Positions 11,116 through 19,815 of a DNA stretch of 64,000 nt are shown piece by piece. This stretch comes from Steroidobacteraceae bacterium (GTDB lineage Bacteria > Pseudomonadota > Gammaproteobacteria > Steroidobacterales > Steroidobacteraceae). A program made the translations under genes and the position numbers. Position 1 is the stretch's first letter. Each line of letters opens with the position of its first letter. The notes beneath the pieces are model-generated. The model saw only the letters and a program-made list of their open reading frames with translations, was not told where the DNA came from and did no database searches. Where the stretch lies: contig JAXMGX010000002.1 in NCBI GenBank assembly GCA_046347045.1, positions 136,124-200,123 on the forward strand, given 5' to 3'.

Positions 11116-11373
11116 TCAACCGGGGGCGAGGCGCTTCCTCAGCACCAGGAACGCCACGACCGAGTAGACGGCCGCGCCCAGCGGCAGGCCCGCGAATATC
11201 GCCACGGCGGCATTGGGCGTGAACAGGTTCAGCAACGTGGTGGGCCAGTCCACCACGCTGGCCAGGCCGCCGAACCCGGCCTGGGTGACCAGCAGTGCTG
11301 CGACCTGCAGCAGACCTGCGAGCCCAAGGCCCACGGCCGCGGAGACAACTGCAATCCTGGTCTGGTGGCGCAT
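11116..11373 (-). CDS. small hypothetical membrane protein (85 aa)
   Basis: Two or three hydrophobic helices (AVVSAAVGLGLAGLLQVAALLV, AVAIFAGLPLGAAVYSVVAFLVL). Convergent with htpX. Confidence 0.5.
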   Translation of the reverse strand: MRHQTRIAVVSAAVGLGLAGLLQVAALLVTQAGFGGLASVVDWPTTLLNLFTPNAAVAIFAGLPLGAAVYSVVAFLVLRKRLAPG

Positions 11374-11453
11374 CGTGCTGCAGCATACCCCGGCTCAAGT
11401 ATGCGGGTGCGCTGCCGATAACGACTGCGAACGCCCCCAAGGGCGCCACCGCC

Positions 11454-12587
11454 ATGCCCATCGACCCGACATCGAAGCCCGCGCGACGCAGCCTGTTTCC
11501 ATGGTCCAGTTCCGAATTCGTGCAGACCGTGGCACGCCTGGGGATCGTGGGTTGCGCGATCGCCTACTCCTTCTCTTCACTCTGCGTCGAATACTCGACG
11601 TCGCCGCGCAACGTGCTCATCAGCAAGTGGGCCTCGGTGCTGGCCGGGCTCGTGGCTCTGGTGCTGCTGGTCTGGACCGTCCGCCAGTCCTCGCCCAGCG
11701 TCTGGCGGCGGCTGGTGGGCGTGACACACGACACACTGGCCATTTCGCTGGCCATGTACCTGGGCCGCGAGGCCAATGCCGCCTTCGGCGTGCTGTACCT
11801 GGTGGTGATCGTGGGCAACGGATTTCGCTTCGGCGCGCCATACATGGGCTATGCCACGCTGTGCTCGATGCTGGGTTTCTTCCTGGTTCACCGCAGCAGT
11901 GCCTACTGGCAGTCGAATCACACGCTGAGCTTCTACATCGCCGCCATCCTGGTAGTGGTGCCGGGCTACATGTACTTCCTGCTGCGTTCGCTGCACAGGG
12001 CGCGTGCCGAACTGGAACAGCGCGCGAACCACGACCATCTGACCGGCCTCATGAACCGGGCCAGCATCGAGCAGAAGATCATGGACACGGTGGCCGCAAA
12101 TCCCCGTGGGCATGTGCTGCTGTACCTCGACCTGGACCGCTTCAAGGGCGTGAACGACAACGCGGGGCACGCAGCGGGAGACCGTCTGCTGCAGGAGGTG
12201 GCGCGCCTCATCCGCCGCAATGTCCGCGACGAGGACTATTGCGCGCGGCTGGGCGGCGATGAGTTCTGCGTGCTGCTCACCGACTGCAGCATGGGCACCG
12301 CGGCGCAGATCGCCGAGCGCATCCGCGAGCAGGTGCTGAAGTTCCGCCTGCCGTGGGGTGGGCGGGTGTATTCCGTCGGCACCAGCATCGGCGTCGCCGC
12401 CAGCGATTCGGTGGAAGATGGCCCGTCGCTGCTGCGACTGGCCGATGCGGCCTGCTATGCCGCCAAGAACCAGGGGCGCAACAGCGTGCATGTGCTCGAC
12501 CTGCACCATCGGCCGGCCGATACCGGCCTGCTCCGCGGGCTTTCCGCCGTTCCGACGAACGGCGTCCTGCAACCGACGAAAGGTTAG
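11454..12587 (+). CDS. membrane-anchored diguanylate cyclase (GGDEF domain)
   Basis: Start MPIDPTSK. Multi-TM N-terminal half, then HDHLTGLMNR ... RLGGDEFCVLL ... AKNQGRNSV GGDEF signature. Confidence 0.88.
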   Translation: MPIDPTSKPARRSLFPWSSSEFVQTVARLGIVGCAIAYSFSSLCVEYSTSPRNVLISKWASVLAGLVALVLLVWTVRQSSPSVWRRLVGVTHDTLAISLAMYLGREANAAFGVLYLVVIVGNGFRFGAPYMGYATLCSMLGFFLVHRSSAYWQSNHTLSFYIAAILVVVPGYMYFLLRSLHRARAELEQRANHDHLTGLMNRASIEQKIMDTVAANPRGHVLLYLDLDRFKGVNDNAGHAAGDRLLQEVARLIRRNVRDEDYCARLGGDEFCVLLTDCSMGTAAQIAERIREQVLKFRLPWGGRVYSVGTSIGVAASDSVEDGPSLLRLADAACYAAKNQGRNSVHVLDLHHRPADTGLLRGLSAVPTNGVLQPTKG

Positions 12588-12675
12588 CCATCCGACGAAC
12601 GGCAGCCAGGGCCCGACGGACTGCGTGGACAGCACGGCGCCCGCGCTCCTAGCATGATTGCCAAGGAGAAGGCCC

Positions 12676-12876
12676 ATGTCGGAACTCAAACGCAACGCCG
12701 ATTTTGCGCAAGGTCACCCCGCCAGGAAGACGCCGGCCGCCGGCATCGACGAGTCGCAGCCCTGGCGCACGACAGACATGCAGCAGGCCATGGAACGCTG
12801 GGCCGTGTCGGCCGATGCGGGGTTCGACCCCTACAACCACGTGGGCACTTCGGCCATCAAGCCGCGCGCGGCCTGA
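12676..12876 (+). CDS. small hypothetical protein (66 aa)
   Basis: Strong Shine-Dalgarno AAGGAGAAGG 5 nt upstream of the ATG at 12676. No recognisable domain. Confidence 0.5.
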   Translation: MSELKRNADFAQGHPARKTPAAGIDESQPWRTTDMQQAMERWAVSADAGFDPYNHVGTSAIKPRAA

Positions 12877-12947
12877 ACCGCCCGTATAGCGCCCTGATGC
12901 GCGCAGCGCGGGAAGTGCTGCGCGGCTGCAGCCCGAAGCTGCCGCCC

Positions 12948-13292
12948 CTACAGCTTGTCGCTCCAGTGGAACCGATGCAGCAGCCGGTGCAGGAACGGCG
13001 CCATCACCAGCGTGGCCATCACCAGGAACACGATGCCGGAATACAGCGCATAGAGCCCGGCAAAGGTCTTTCCGGCCACCGTCAGCGGCGGATTCACCGG
13101 TCCCATCCCGCTCAGCAGCATCGCGGCATTCAGGAATGCATCGATGACCGGCAGGTGCTCGAAGTGCCGGTAGCCGAGAATGCCGATGCCCAGCGACACC
13201 GCCAGCAGCACCAGCGCAACCGCCGCATGAGAAGCGATGCGCCGCGCGAACTCCGCGCGCGTGAGCAGATACTGGTGCCGGGTTTCGTACAT
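12948..13292 (-). CDS. small 2-TM membrane protein with ion-channel pore-loop-like topology
   Basis: TM1 AAVALVLLAVSLGIGILGY, re-entrant-like LPVIDAFLNAAMLLSGMGPVNP, TM2 FAGLYALYSGIVFLVMATLVMAPF. Confidence 0.6.
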   Translation of the reverse strand: MYETRHQYLLTRAEFARRIASHAAVALVLLAVSLGIGILGYRHFEHLPVIDAFLNAAMLLSGMGPVNPPLTVAGKTFAGLYALYSGIVFLVMATLVMAPFLHRLLHRFHWSDKL

Positions 13293-13419
13293 GAGACCTT
13301 GCCTCTCCCCCGATCATCGTAGCGAGGCGGAATGACTTCTTCAAACGCGTGATGCGCGCACATATACTGCGGTCGCGGGCCAATCCAGGCGCAGGAGACA
13401 AGCCAAGGAGCATGGCTAC

Positions 13420-14079
13420 ATGAACGAAGGCGTGTCCACGCCACGCCAGCGCCGTGTGCTGATCCTCGACGATCACCCGATCGTGCGGCAGGGTATCAAG
13501 CTCATGGTCAACGCCGAACCCGACATGACCATCGTCGGCGAAGCACAGACCGAACTGGAGGCGCGGCGCCTGGTGCGCGAACTGCTGCCCGACGCCGTCA
13601 TCGTGGACCTGTCGCTGGCGCAGGGCGACGGCTTCAACGTGGTGCGCGACGTCAGCGCCCACTTCCCCGACATCCGCATCCTCGTCCTCTCGATGCATGA
13701 CGAGACCATCTATGGCGAACGCCTGCTCGCCGAAGGGGCGTCCGGCTACATCATGAAGGAAGCCGCAACCGAGCAGCTGGTGACGGCGCTGCGCACCGTG
13801 TTGCGCGGCGAGCGCTACATGAGCGACAACCTCCGTCGCGTGCTCGAGGAACGCAAGAGCCGCAGCGGCCAGTCCTCGCTGCTGTCGATCCGGGAGCTGC
13901 AGGTGATCAGCCTGATCGGGCTGGGCCAGGGTACGCGGGAAATCGCCGAAGCGCTGTCATTGTCGGTGAAGACCGTCGAAGCGCATCGCCAGACCATCAA
14001 ACGCAAGCTGGCGCTGGAAACGAATGCGCAGCTCGTGCAGTACGCGCTCAAGTGGCATGGCACGCATACCGCGTGGTAG
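13420..14079 (+). CDS. NarL/FixJ (LuxR C-terminal) family response regulator, no adjacent histidine kinase
   Basis: Receiver domain VLILDDHPIVRQG...DLSL. LuxR HTH LSIRELQVISLIGLGQGTREIAEALSLSVKTVEAHRQTIKRKL. Confidence 0.9.
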   Translation: MNEGVSTPRQRRVLILDDHPIVRQGIKLMVNAEPDMTIVGEAQTELEARRLVRELLPDAVIVDLSLAQGDGFNVVRDVSAHFPDIRILVLSMHDETIYGERLLAEGASGYIMKEAATEQLVTALRTVLRGERYMSDNLRRVLEERKSRSGQSSLLSIRELQVISLIGLGQGTREIAEALSLSVKTVEAHRQTIKRKLALETNAQLVQYALKWHGTHTAW

Positions 14080-14122
14080 TCGCGCCGGCAGATGATGCGC
14101 GCGGGCGCCCCGGCGCCCGGTA

Positions 14123-14644
14123 TTACTGCGCGGCGTTGATCACGGAGCCGATGGTCACCGGGCAATGGCTCTGCACGCAGACCTGCTCCTCGCACAGCCG
14201 GCAGATGATGTCGGCCTCGTGCTTGCACTGCGTGATGGCCGTCAGCATCACCTCGAGCAGGCCGACCAGATTGCGCTGCTGCTGACCGTTCAGCGTCTCG
14301 AACACCTCATCCAGCGCCTCGCGCCGCGCCCTCAGCACCTTGCGCTTGAGCTCCCTGCCCAGGGGGGTGAGGTGCAGGGAAAGGGTTCTGCGGTCCTTGC
14401 CGGGACGCCGCTCGATGAGACCCTGTTCGTCGAGCTTGTCGACCAGTCGCACACAACCAGAGTGGCTCATCCGCAGGACGCCGCTCAGGAATTCGACGCT
14501 TTCGCCGTAGTTGTGCCCGATGGTGACCAGGGCCGCCGGTAGCTGCCCCTCCAACCCGCAGGCCCTTTCGGCGTGCGACTGCATCCGGTCGTTGACCGCT
14601 GTGACCAGCGCGCCGAGCAGGTTTTGACCTCTTGCCACGTGCAC
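14123..14644 (-). CDS. MarR-family transcriptional regulator with Cys-rich C-terminal tail
   Basis: Winged helix SVEFLSGVLRMSHSGCVRLVDKLDEQGLIERRPGKDRRTLSLHLTPLG. The tail CKHEADIICRLCEEQVCVQSHC contains 5 Cys. Confidence 0.85.
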   Translation of the reverse strand: MHVARGQNLLGALVTAVNDRMQSHAERACGLEGQLPAALVTIGHNYGESVEFLSGVLRMSHSGCVRLVDKLDEQGLIERRPGKDRRTLSLHLTPLGRELKRKVLRARREALDEVFETLNGQQQRNLVGLLEVMLTAITQCKHEADIICRLCEEQVCVQSHCPVTIGSVINAAQ

Positions 14645-14817
14645 TTTGAGTCCGCTCCCGTGTCCTGGGTGCCCATTCTAGTCCACGCGCGACCCCAAAC
14701 CCACGTCCGGGCGCCACCCCGCCAGATTTGACTTCCAGATTTGCCCTGTCAGGGCAGGGCGTCGTTATATGTAGCCCGCATATGTCTGGTCACCACCATT
14801 CGGGAGGGTATTTCTGC

Positions 14818-15927
14818 ATGAAATCGGATACTAGACCTGCAACAGGAGACCTGGCCGATATCCTGTCGGTCCTGGGCAGGAACAACGACCCGGGCAGCCT
14901 GGGTGCGGACATCGACGCGGCCAACGTCGAGCTCCTGAACCCGGACATCGATCCGGAGCTGAAGAAGCAGCGCTTCAGACAGTGGGCCAGGCGTCACCAG
15001 CCCTGCCTTTTCGGAAGACTGGGGGCGAAAGGTGCGGCAGGAGTGAACTACGACCTGTGCTGGATCGATCGCGACATGCTCTGTCGGGGCAGCCAGTGGG
15101 TATCGGAGGAGATCCAGCGTGCGCGCGAAAGCTGGAAACACCGTGCGGCACGGGGGCTGTCGCACGGCTTTCTCATCATGTTCAACGCGCCCGAACTGGC
15201 CTGTGCGCGGCCCGGCCCCGAGCTGCTCGACGCCTGCCGCGCGCTGTGCGACCTGTACCTCATCGAGCATGCACCGGTGGAGTTCGACACGATCTACACC
15301 GAATCGGTGCCTTTCCATCAGGCCAATGGGGACATCATCTGCCTGCGCGGCGGCATCAATGTGTTCTATGGCGGCGCGCACCGCACGCGCAATCATGACC
15401 GCCGCGTGCCGGGTGGAATACTGGTTTCGGTGAACTCCCCTGGCGTGCTGGCGCACAGCATGGTGAGTCGCGGCCTTGCACCCGACCTGAATGCGGCGCT
15501 GGAGAAGGTGCGCAATCTAGCCTGGGCGTCGATCGGCAATGGCGGGCATGCGCTCGAAAAGCGCGGCGCCTCGAGTTGCACCTGGCACAACCGCGATGCA
15601 GACCGCCCCGCCGGCGAATGCCCGATGAAGCATCGGCCGTCGCATGTGCCCGAGGATTTCTCCGCCGACTTCTACTCGGCGCACTATCACACCGATGTGC
15701 TGCTGCCCAGCAGCGTCATGTCGGACCTGCGCCGGGACCTGCCGCGCGCAGCAGGCGAGGTCTGGCGAAAACTTGATTTCGAATACATAACCGCCCAGCC
15801 CTTCGATGAGGATCACGAGAGCCATGGCTTCGTGCACGGCACGCGCGTGGACCCCGACATGGAATACCGCCACCGGTGGGCGCCACGCCTGCCATCGGCG
15901 CTGACCGACCTGGGAGAAGCCTCATGA
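14818..15927 (+). CDS. conserved-looking hypothetical protein (369 aa); tentative YqcI/YcgG-like resemblance
   Basis: ATG at 14818 preceded by GGGAGGG. Coding-like composition. Motifs HQPCLFGRLGAKGAAG, GFLIMFN and RTRNHDRRVPGGILVSVN loosely recall the YqcI/YcgG family (from memory, unverified). Confidence 0.6.
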   Translation: MKSDTRPATGDLADILSVLGRNNDPGSLGADIDAANVELLNPDIDPELKKQRFRQWARRHQPCLFGRLGAKGAAGVNYDLCWIDRDMLCRGSQWVSEEIQRARESWKHRAARGLSHGFLIMFNAPELACARPGPELLDACRALCDLYLIEHAPVEFDTIYTESVPFHQANGDIICLRGGINVFYGGAHRTRNHDRRVPGGILVSVNSPGVLAHSMVSRGLAPDLNAALEKVRNLAWASIGNGGHALEKRGASSCTWHNRDADRPAGECPMKHRPSHVPEDFSADFYSAHYHTDVLLPSSVMSDLRRDLPRAAGEVWRKLDFEYITAQPFDEDHESHGFVHGTRVDPDMEYRHRWAPRLPSALTDLGEAS

Positions 15928-16868
15928 ACGCGCATCGCTCCGCTTATGTATTCGCGGCGATCGGCGCAACACTGTGCTGGGGCGCGGGCATGACTCTCAC
16001 CAAGCTCGCTCTCGAGCATTTTCCGCCGTCGCTGCTGCTGCCGGTCCAGCTCGTCGCCAGCATCGCATTCCTGGTCGTCGTGCTGCTGGTGACGGGCATT
16101 CGCACCATTTCCTGGCCGCAACTGCTGCGCAACAGCGGACTGGGTGTGCTGGAACCCGGCCTGGCCTACTTCCTGGCGCTGGAAGGACTGAACCGCATCG
16201 GCGCCGCCGAGGCAGTGGTGCTTTCGTCCACCGAGTCGATCGCGGTGGTGCTGCTCGCCTGGTTGTTCGCCATCGAGCGGCCGCGCGGTGTGGTGCTGCT
16301 GCTGGCCGTGGTCGGCGCGGCCGGCGCCGTGCTGGTGGCCGGCAGCCATCTGCAGTACACCGGTGGTGCGATCTCGCTGTGGGGCGACGTGCTGGTCGTG
16401 GGCGGCGTGATCAGCGCGGCGATCTACGTGGTGTGCTCGGCACGGCGCGCATCGGCCACGCAGCCGATACCGGCGCTGATCGGACAGCAGGTTGTCGCCC
16501 TGGCCTTCGCCATCGGGGTGCACCTGGCCTTCAGCAGCGCATCGCTCAGCATGCCGTCTGCGTCCACTTATGGATGGGTGCTGGCCGCCTCATCGGGCAT
16601 CGTCCAGTACGCCTGTGCGTTCTGGCTGTATCTGTGGGCGCTGAAGGGGTTGCGCGCCGACGAAGCCGGCCTGTACCTCAGCCTCATCCCGGTGTTCGGC
16701 CTGCTGATCGCCATCCCCGTGCTGGACGAACGGCTCACGGCAACACAGTGGATGGGCACCATCGTGATCATCGGGACGATCATCGTGCTGACGCGCATCA
16801 GGGAGGAGCAGCCGGTCGATGCGCAGGAGGCCGAGGACGCGAGCAAGCTGCGGTCCGCCGTCTTGTGA
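15924..16868 (+). CDS. EamA/DMT-family transporter (10 TM)
   Basis: ATG at 15924 overlaps the upstream stop (ATGA). Two EamA repeats of hydrophobic helices. Confidence 0.85.
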   Translation: MNAHRSAYVFAAIGATLCWGAGMTLTKLALEHFPPSLLLPVQLVASIAFLVVVLLVTGIRTISWPQLLRNSGLGVLEPGLAYFLALEGLNRIGAAEAVVLSSTESIAVVLLAWLFAIERPRGVVLLLAVVGAAGAVLVAGSHLQYTGGAISLWGDVLVVGGVISAAIYVVCSARRASATQPIPALIGQQVVALAFAIGVHLAFSSASLSMPSASTYGWVLAASSGIVQYACAFWLYLWALKGLRADEAGLYLSLIPVFGLLIAIPVLDERLTATQWMGTIVIIGTIIVLTRIREEQPVDAQEAEDASKLRSAVL

Positions 16869-16886
16869 CGTCGGGTCGCCGCGGCG

Positions 16887-17132
16887 TCAGGTCGAAGGGT
16901 CTGCCGCCGCGGGGCTCGAAAGCACCATGCTGTCGCGACGCGACTTCGCGGCCTCGCGGCGCCGCTGCAGGGCGGCGTCGGGATCGATGCCATTGATGCG
17001 CGCAAGCCGGCAGACCAGCGCATGCACTTCGCGCAGCACCTCGGCGTAGTCGCGTTTCGCGACACCCATGGCAGCAGGCGAAAGGTCATGAAGGGCGCGC
17101 TTGATCGCGCCGACGGTGGGTTCATCCGCCAT
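16887..17132 (-). CDS. hypothetical protein (about 81 aa)
   Basis: ORF with start MADEPTVGAIKRAL. No domain recognised. The start choice is uncertain (ORF track extends to 17264). Confidence 0.35.
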   Translation of the reverse strand: MADEPTVGAIKRALHDLSPAAMGVAKRDYAEVLREVHALVCRLARINGIDPDAALQRRREAAKSRRDSMVLSSPAAADPST

Positions 17133-17381
17133 GGTCGGCGAAGGCAGTGCATGAACAGCGTTGTCGGTATCGCTCACGTAGATGATCCCGGCCGGCCTTT
17201 CGACCACTGCGCGCAATATATGCAGAGCACATATTTTCTGCAAGACAAGGGAAGATGGGCGCAATGCAGCACGCGCGCATTGTGAAATGCGCGCGAAGGA
17301 ATCATGGATTGCGGAGTCTGGAATGGCGCCCGACGCGGGGCGCAGCTGCCGGATTGGCCGGACGCAGCTAGAGGGCCGACT

Positions 17382-17615
17382 TCAGAGGTAGCGGTCGGCG
17401 TGGCGCGGCGTGTCGCGCGCCATGCGGTCGAGCTCGACATTGGCGCCGGCCACCAGATCGACGCCGGCCTTGCCCGCCAGCATGATCAGGTACAGCAGCA
17501 GGTCGCCGTATTCCTTCTCGACGTCCGCGCGGGGCCGGTCGGCGCGGCTGGCAGCGAATTGATCGAGCAGCCGCTTCACTTCAGCCAGGGTTAAATTGCC
17601 GTGCTCTTGAGTCAT
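17382..17615 (-). CDS. small MazG-like nucleotide pyrophosphohydrolase-family protein
   Basis: 77 aa, all-helical. EKEYGDLLLYLIMLAGKAGVDL resembles the MazG EExxE/D helix pair. Confidence 0.55.
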   Translation of the reverse strand: MTQEHGNLTLAEVKRLLDQFAASRADRPRADVEKEYGDLLLYLIMLAGKAGVDLVAGANVELDRMARDTPRHADRYL

Positions 17616-17700
17616 CCGAAACCTTACGGGCTCTTTGGGACGGTCATCGCCGCAGCCAGTCTACAACTCTGGGGCTGATCGGAGAAGCTGCTGGCCTGCC

Positions 17701-19815
17701 CTATTGCGCACTGACGCCGGCGCAGATCGACGAGGGAAACCGCCGGCTGGCCGAAGCCGTCCGCGCGGTGCGCGGCAGGTAGCGGAAGCGGATCGCCTCG
17801 CCGCCTCCCGGCGCCAGCTTCAGCTTCAGCGTGGCGCCCCGCGTGACGGGGCACTTCTCGATGGTGTGCGCAAAGCGGTCGCCGCGGTAGTCGGCGGAAT
17901 CCGCATCGCGGTAGATCTCGGCCATGTACTCCCGGCCGGGCGCGAGGAAGCCGAGTCCGACGGACAGTTCGCGCGCGTCCTCGTCGGTGACGCTGCCCAG
18001 GTACCAGTCCTCGCTGTTGCGGTCCTTGCGGGCGATGGTGACGTAGTCGCCCACCTCGCCGTTCAGCACGACGGTGTCTTCCCAGTCCGCGGGCACATCC
18101 TTGATGAACTGGAATGGCGCGGGGAAGCGCGCGTAGTTCTCGGGCAGGTCGGCGGCCATCTGCACCGGCGAGTAGATGACCACGTACAGCGCGAGCTGCT
18201 TGGCCAGCGTCGAGAGAATGGGCTGGCCACCACGGCCCGTGAGGCTGAGCACGCCCGGCGTGAAATCCATCGGACCGGCCAGCAGGCGCGTGAACACCAG
18301 GTTGGCCTCGTGCTCGGGTGGATTCGGCGGGCTGCCCCAGGCGTTGTATTCCATGCCGCGGGCGCCCTCGCGGGAGATCCAGTTCGGATACGTGCGCCGG
18401 AGCCCCGTGTCCTTGATCGGCTCGTGCGGCAGCACTGCGATATGCCGGCGCGCCGCCTCCTCGACCACCTTGAGGTGATGCCGCGACATCACCTGCCCAT
18501 CGTGCCACTCGAAGCGGATGACGCCATCCGCCCCGCGCGCCTTGACGCCGCCCGCGTCCGCCACGTAGCCCGTCTTCACCACATCCACGCCCAGGCGCTG
18601 GTAGAGGTCGAGCGCAGCGCCGAGCTGAGGCTCGTAGTGCGCGATGTTGGCGGAGGTCTCGTGGTGGCCGATCAGGTGCACGCCTTTCGAGCGCGCGTAG
18701 TCGGTTACGGCCTTGATGTCGAAGTCCGGGTAGGCGCGCGTGAAGCTGAAGGTCTCGCCATTGGCGAACCAGTCGCCATCCCAGCCCTCGTTCCAGCCCT
18801 CGATGAGCACGCCACGAAATCCGTTGCGCGCCGCGAAGTCGATGTACTGCCTGGCGTGCTCCGTGGTCGCACCATGCTTGGGCCCGGAGGCCCAGCTCCA
18901 TGTATCCAGGTGCATGGCCCACCAAATGCCCACGTACTTCGAAGGCTTGAACCAGGACACATCGCCGAGCTTGTTGGGCTCGTTGAGGTTCAGGATCAGG
19001 TCGGACATCGCAAGCCCCGCGGCGTTGCCGGCGATCTGCAGTGTTCGCCACGGGGTCGCGAACGGCGCCGCGCGGCTGACGCGGGCCCCCGACGAGGAAG
19101 GCGACAGCACGGCCTTGAGGCGCTGGCCCTCGACACGCCGCAGCCACATCGCCGAGTAGTCGACCAGTGCGGCCTCGTGGATCGCCAGGTGCACGCCGGA
19201 CTGCGTCCGCATCGTCAGCGGCGTGTGGGCCTGGGCTACCTGGTCGAGCGCCGTGCGTTGATACAGGTACTCGTAGCGATTCCACTCGCCGCCGGGTATC
19301 CACCAGGCCGTGGCCGGCTCGGCAATGGCGAACTCGGTGAGCTCCTCCTGGATGTTCACCTGGCGCAATGATTCCTGCCCGGGGAATTCGTAGCGGAATC
19401 CCACGCCATCGTCGAACACGCGGAACACGACGTCGAGGCTGCGGGCGCCCGGCGTGGTCTCGGTGAAACGCGCGCGCAGCTCGTTGTAGTGGTTGCGCAC
19501 GTGCAGCCTTTCACCCCATGGCAGGTTCCAGGCTTCATCCACGCTGCTTCGCGCCGTGTCCTTAAGCGCGAAGTTGCGCTCCAGCTTCGGCGCATCCGTC
19601 AGGATGAAACCCAGGCGCGATTCCTCGACCAGGAGCTTGCCCTCGCGCAGCACCTCGTAGCCGATCCGGCCCTCGCCATTGAGCGTGAGGACGACGCGAA
19701 GCTTTCCGCCCGGCGATGCCACCTCCGCCACCGGGGCCGCCAGGGCCAGCGTGGCCGCGAGCAGCCCGCCCGCCAGGACCGCGGCAATCCGTTGCAGCCA
19801 ACGCATCCGGTTCAT
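17701..19815 (-). CDS. glycoside hydrolase family 97 alpha-glucosidase (SusB-like), secreted
   Basis: Signal peptide MNRMRWLQRIAAVLAGGLLAATLALA. GH97-like blocks EGWNEGWDGDWF, IGHHETS, REGARGMEYNAW. Start overlaps the upstream stop (ATGA at 19812-19815). Confidence 0.88.
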   Translation of the reverse strand: MNRMRWLQRIAAVLAGGLLAATLALAAPVAEVASPGGKLRVVLTLNGEGRIGYEVLREGKLLVEESRLGFILTDAPKLERNFALKDTARSSVDEAWNLPWGERLHVRNHYNELRARFTETTPGARSLDVVFRVFDDGVGFRYEFPGQESLRQVNIQEELTEFAIAEPATAWWIPGGEWNRYEYLYQRTALDQVAQAHTPLTMRTQSGVHLAIHEAALVDYSAMWLRRVEGQRLKAVLSPSSSGARVSRAAPFATPWRTLQIAGNAAGLAMSDLILNLNEPNKLGDVSWFKPSKYVGIWWAMHLDTWSWASGPKHGATTEHARQYIDFAARNGFRGVLIEGWNEGWDGDWFANGETFSFTRAYPDFDIKAVTDYARSKGVHLIGHHETSANIAHYEPQLGAALDLYQRLGVDVVKTGYVADAGGVKARGADGVIRFEWHDGQVMSRHHLKVVEEAARRHIAVLPHEPIKDTGLRRTYPNWISREGARGMEYNAWGSPPNPPEHEANLVFTRLLAGPMDFTPGVLSLTGRGGQPILSTLAKQLALYVVIYSPVQMAADLPENYARFPAPFQFIKDVPADWEDTVVLNGEVGDYVTIARKDRNSEDWYLGSVTDEDARELSVGLGFLAPGREYMAEIYRDADSADYRGDRFAHTIEKCPVTRGATLKLKLAPGGGEAIRFRYLPRTARTASASRRFPSSICAGVSAQ

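Noticed and set aside
16887-17264. Full 125-aa version of the minus-strand ORF and the overlapping 17022-17285(+), 17174-17440(-), 17304-17594(+) ORFs
   Set aside because: They are mutually overlapping, have no domain signal, and the region includes an AT-richer promoter-like stretch. Only the shorter 16887-17132 version is retained, at low confidence.
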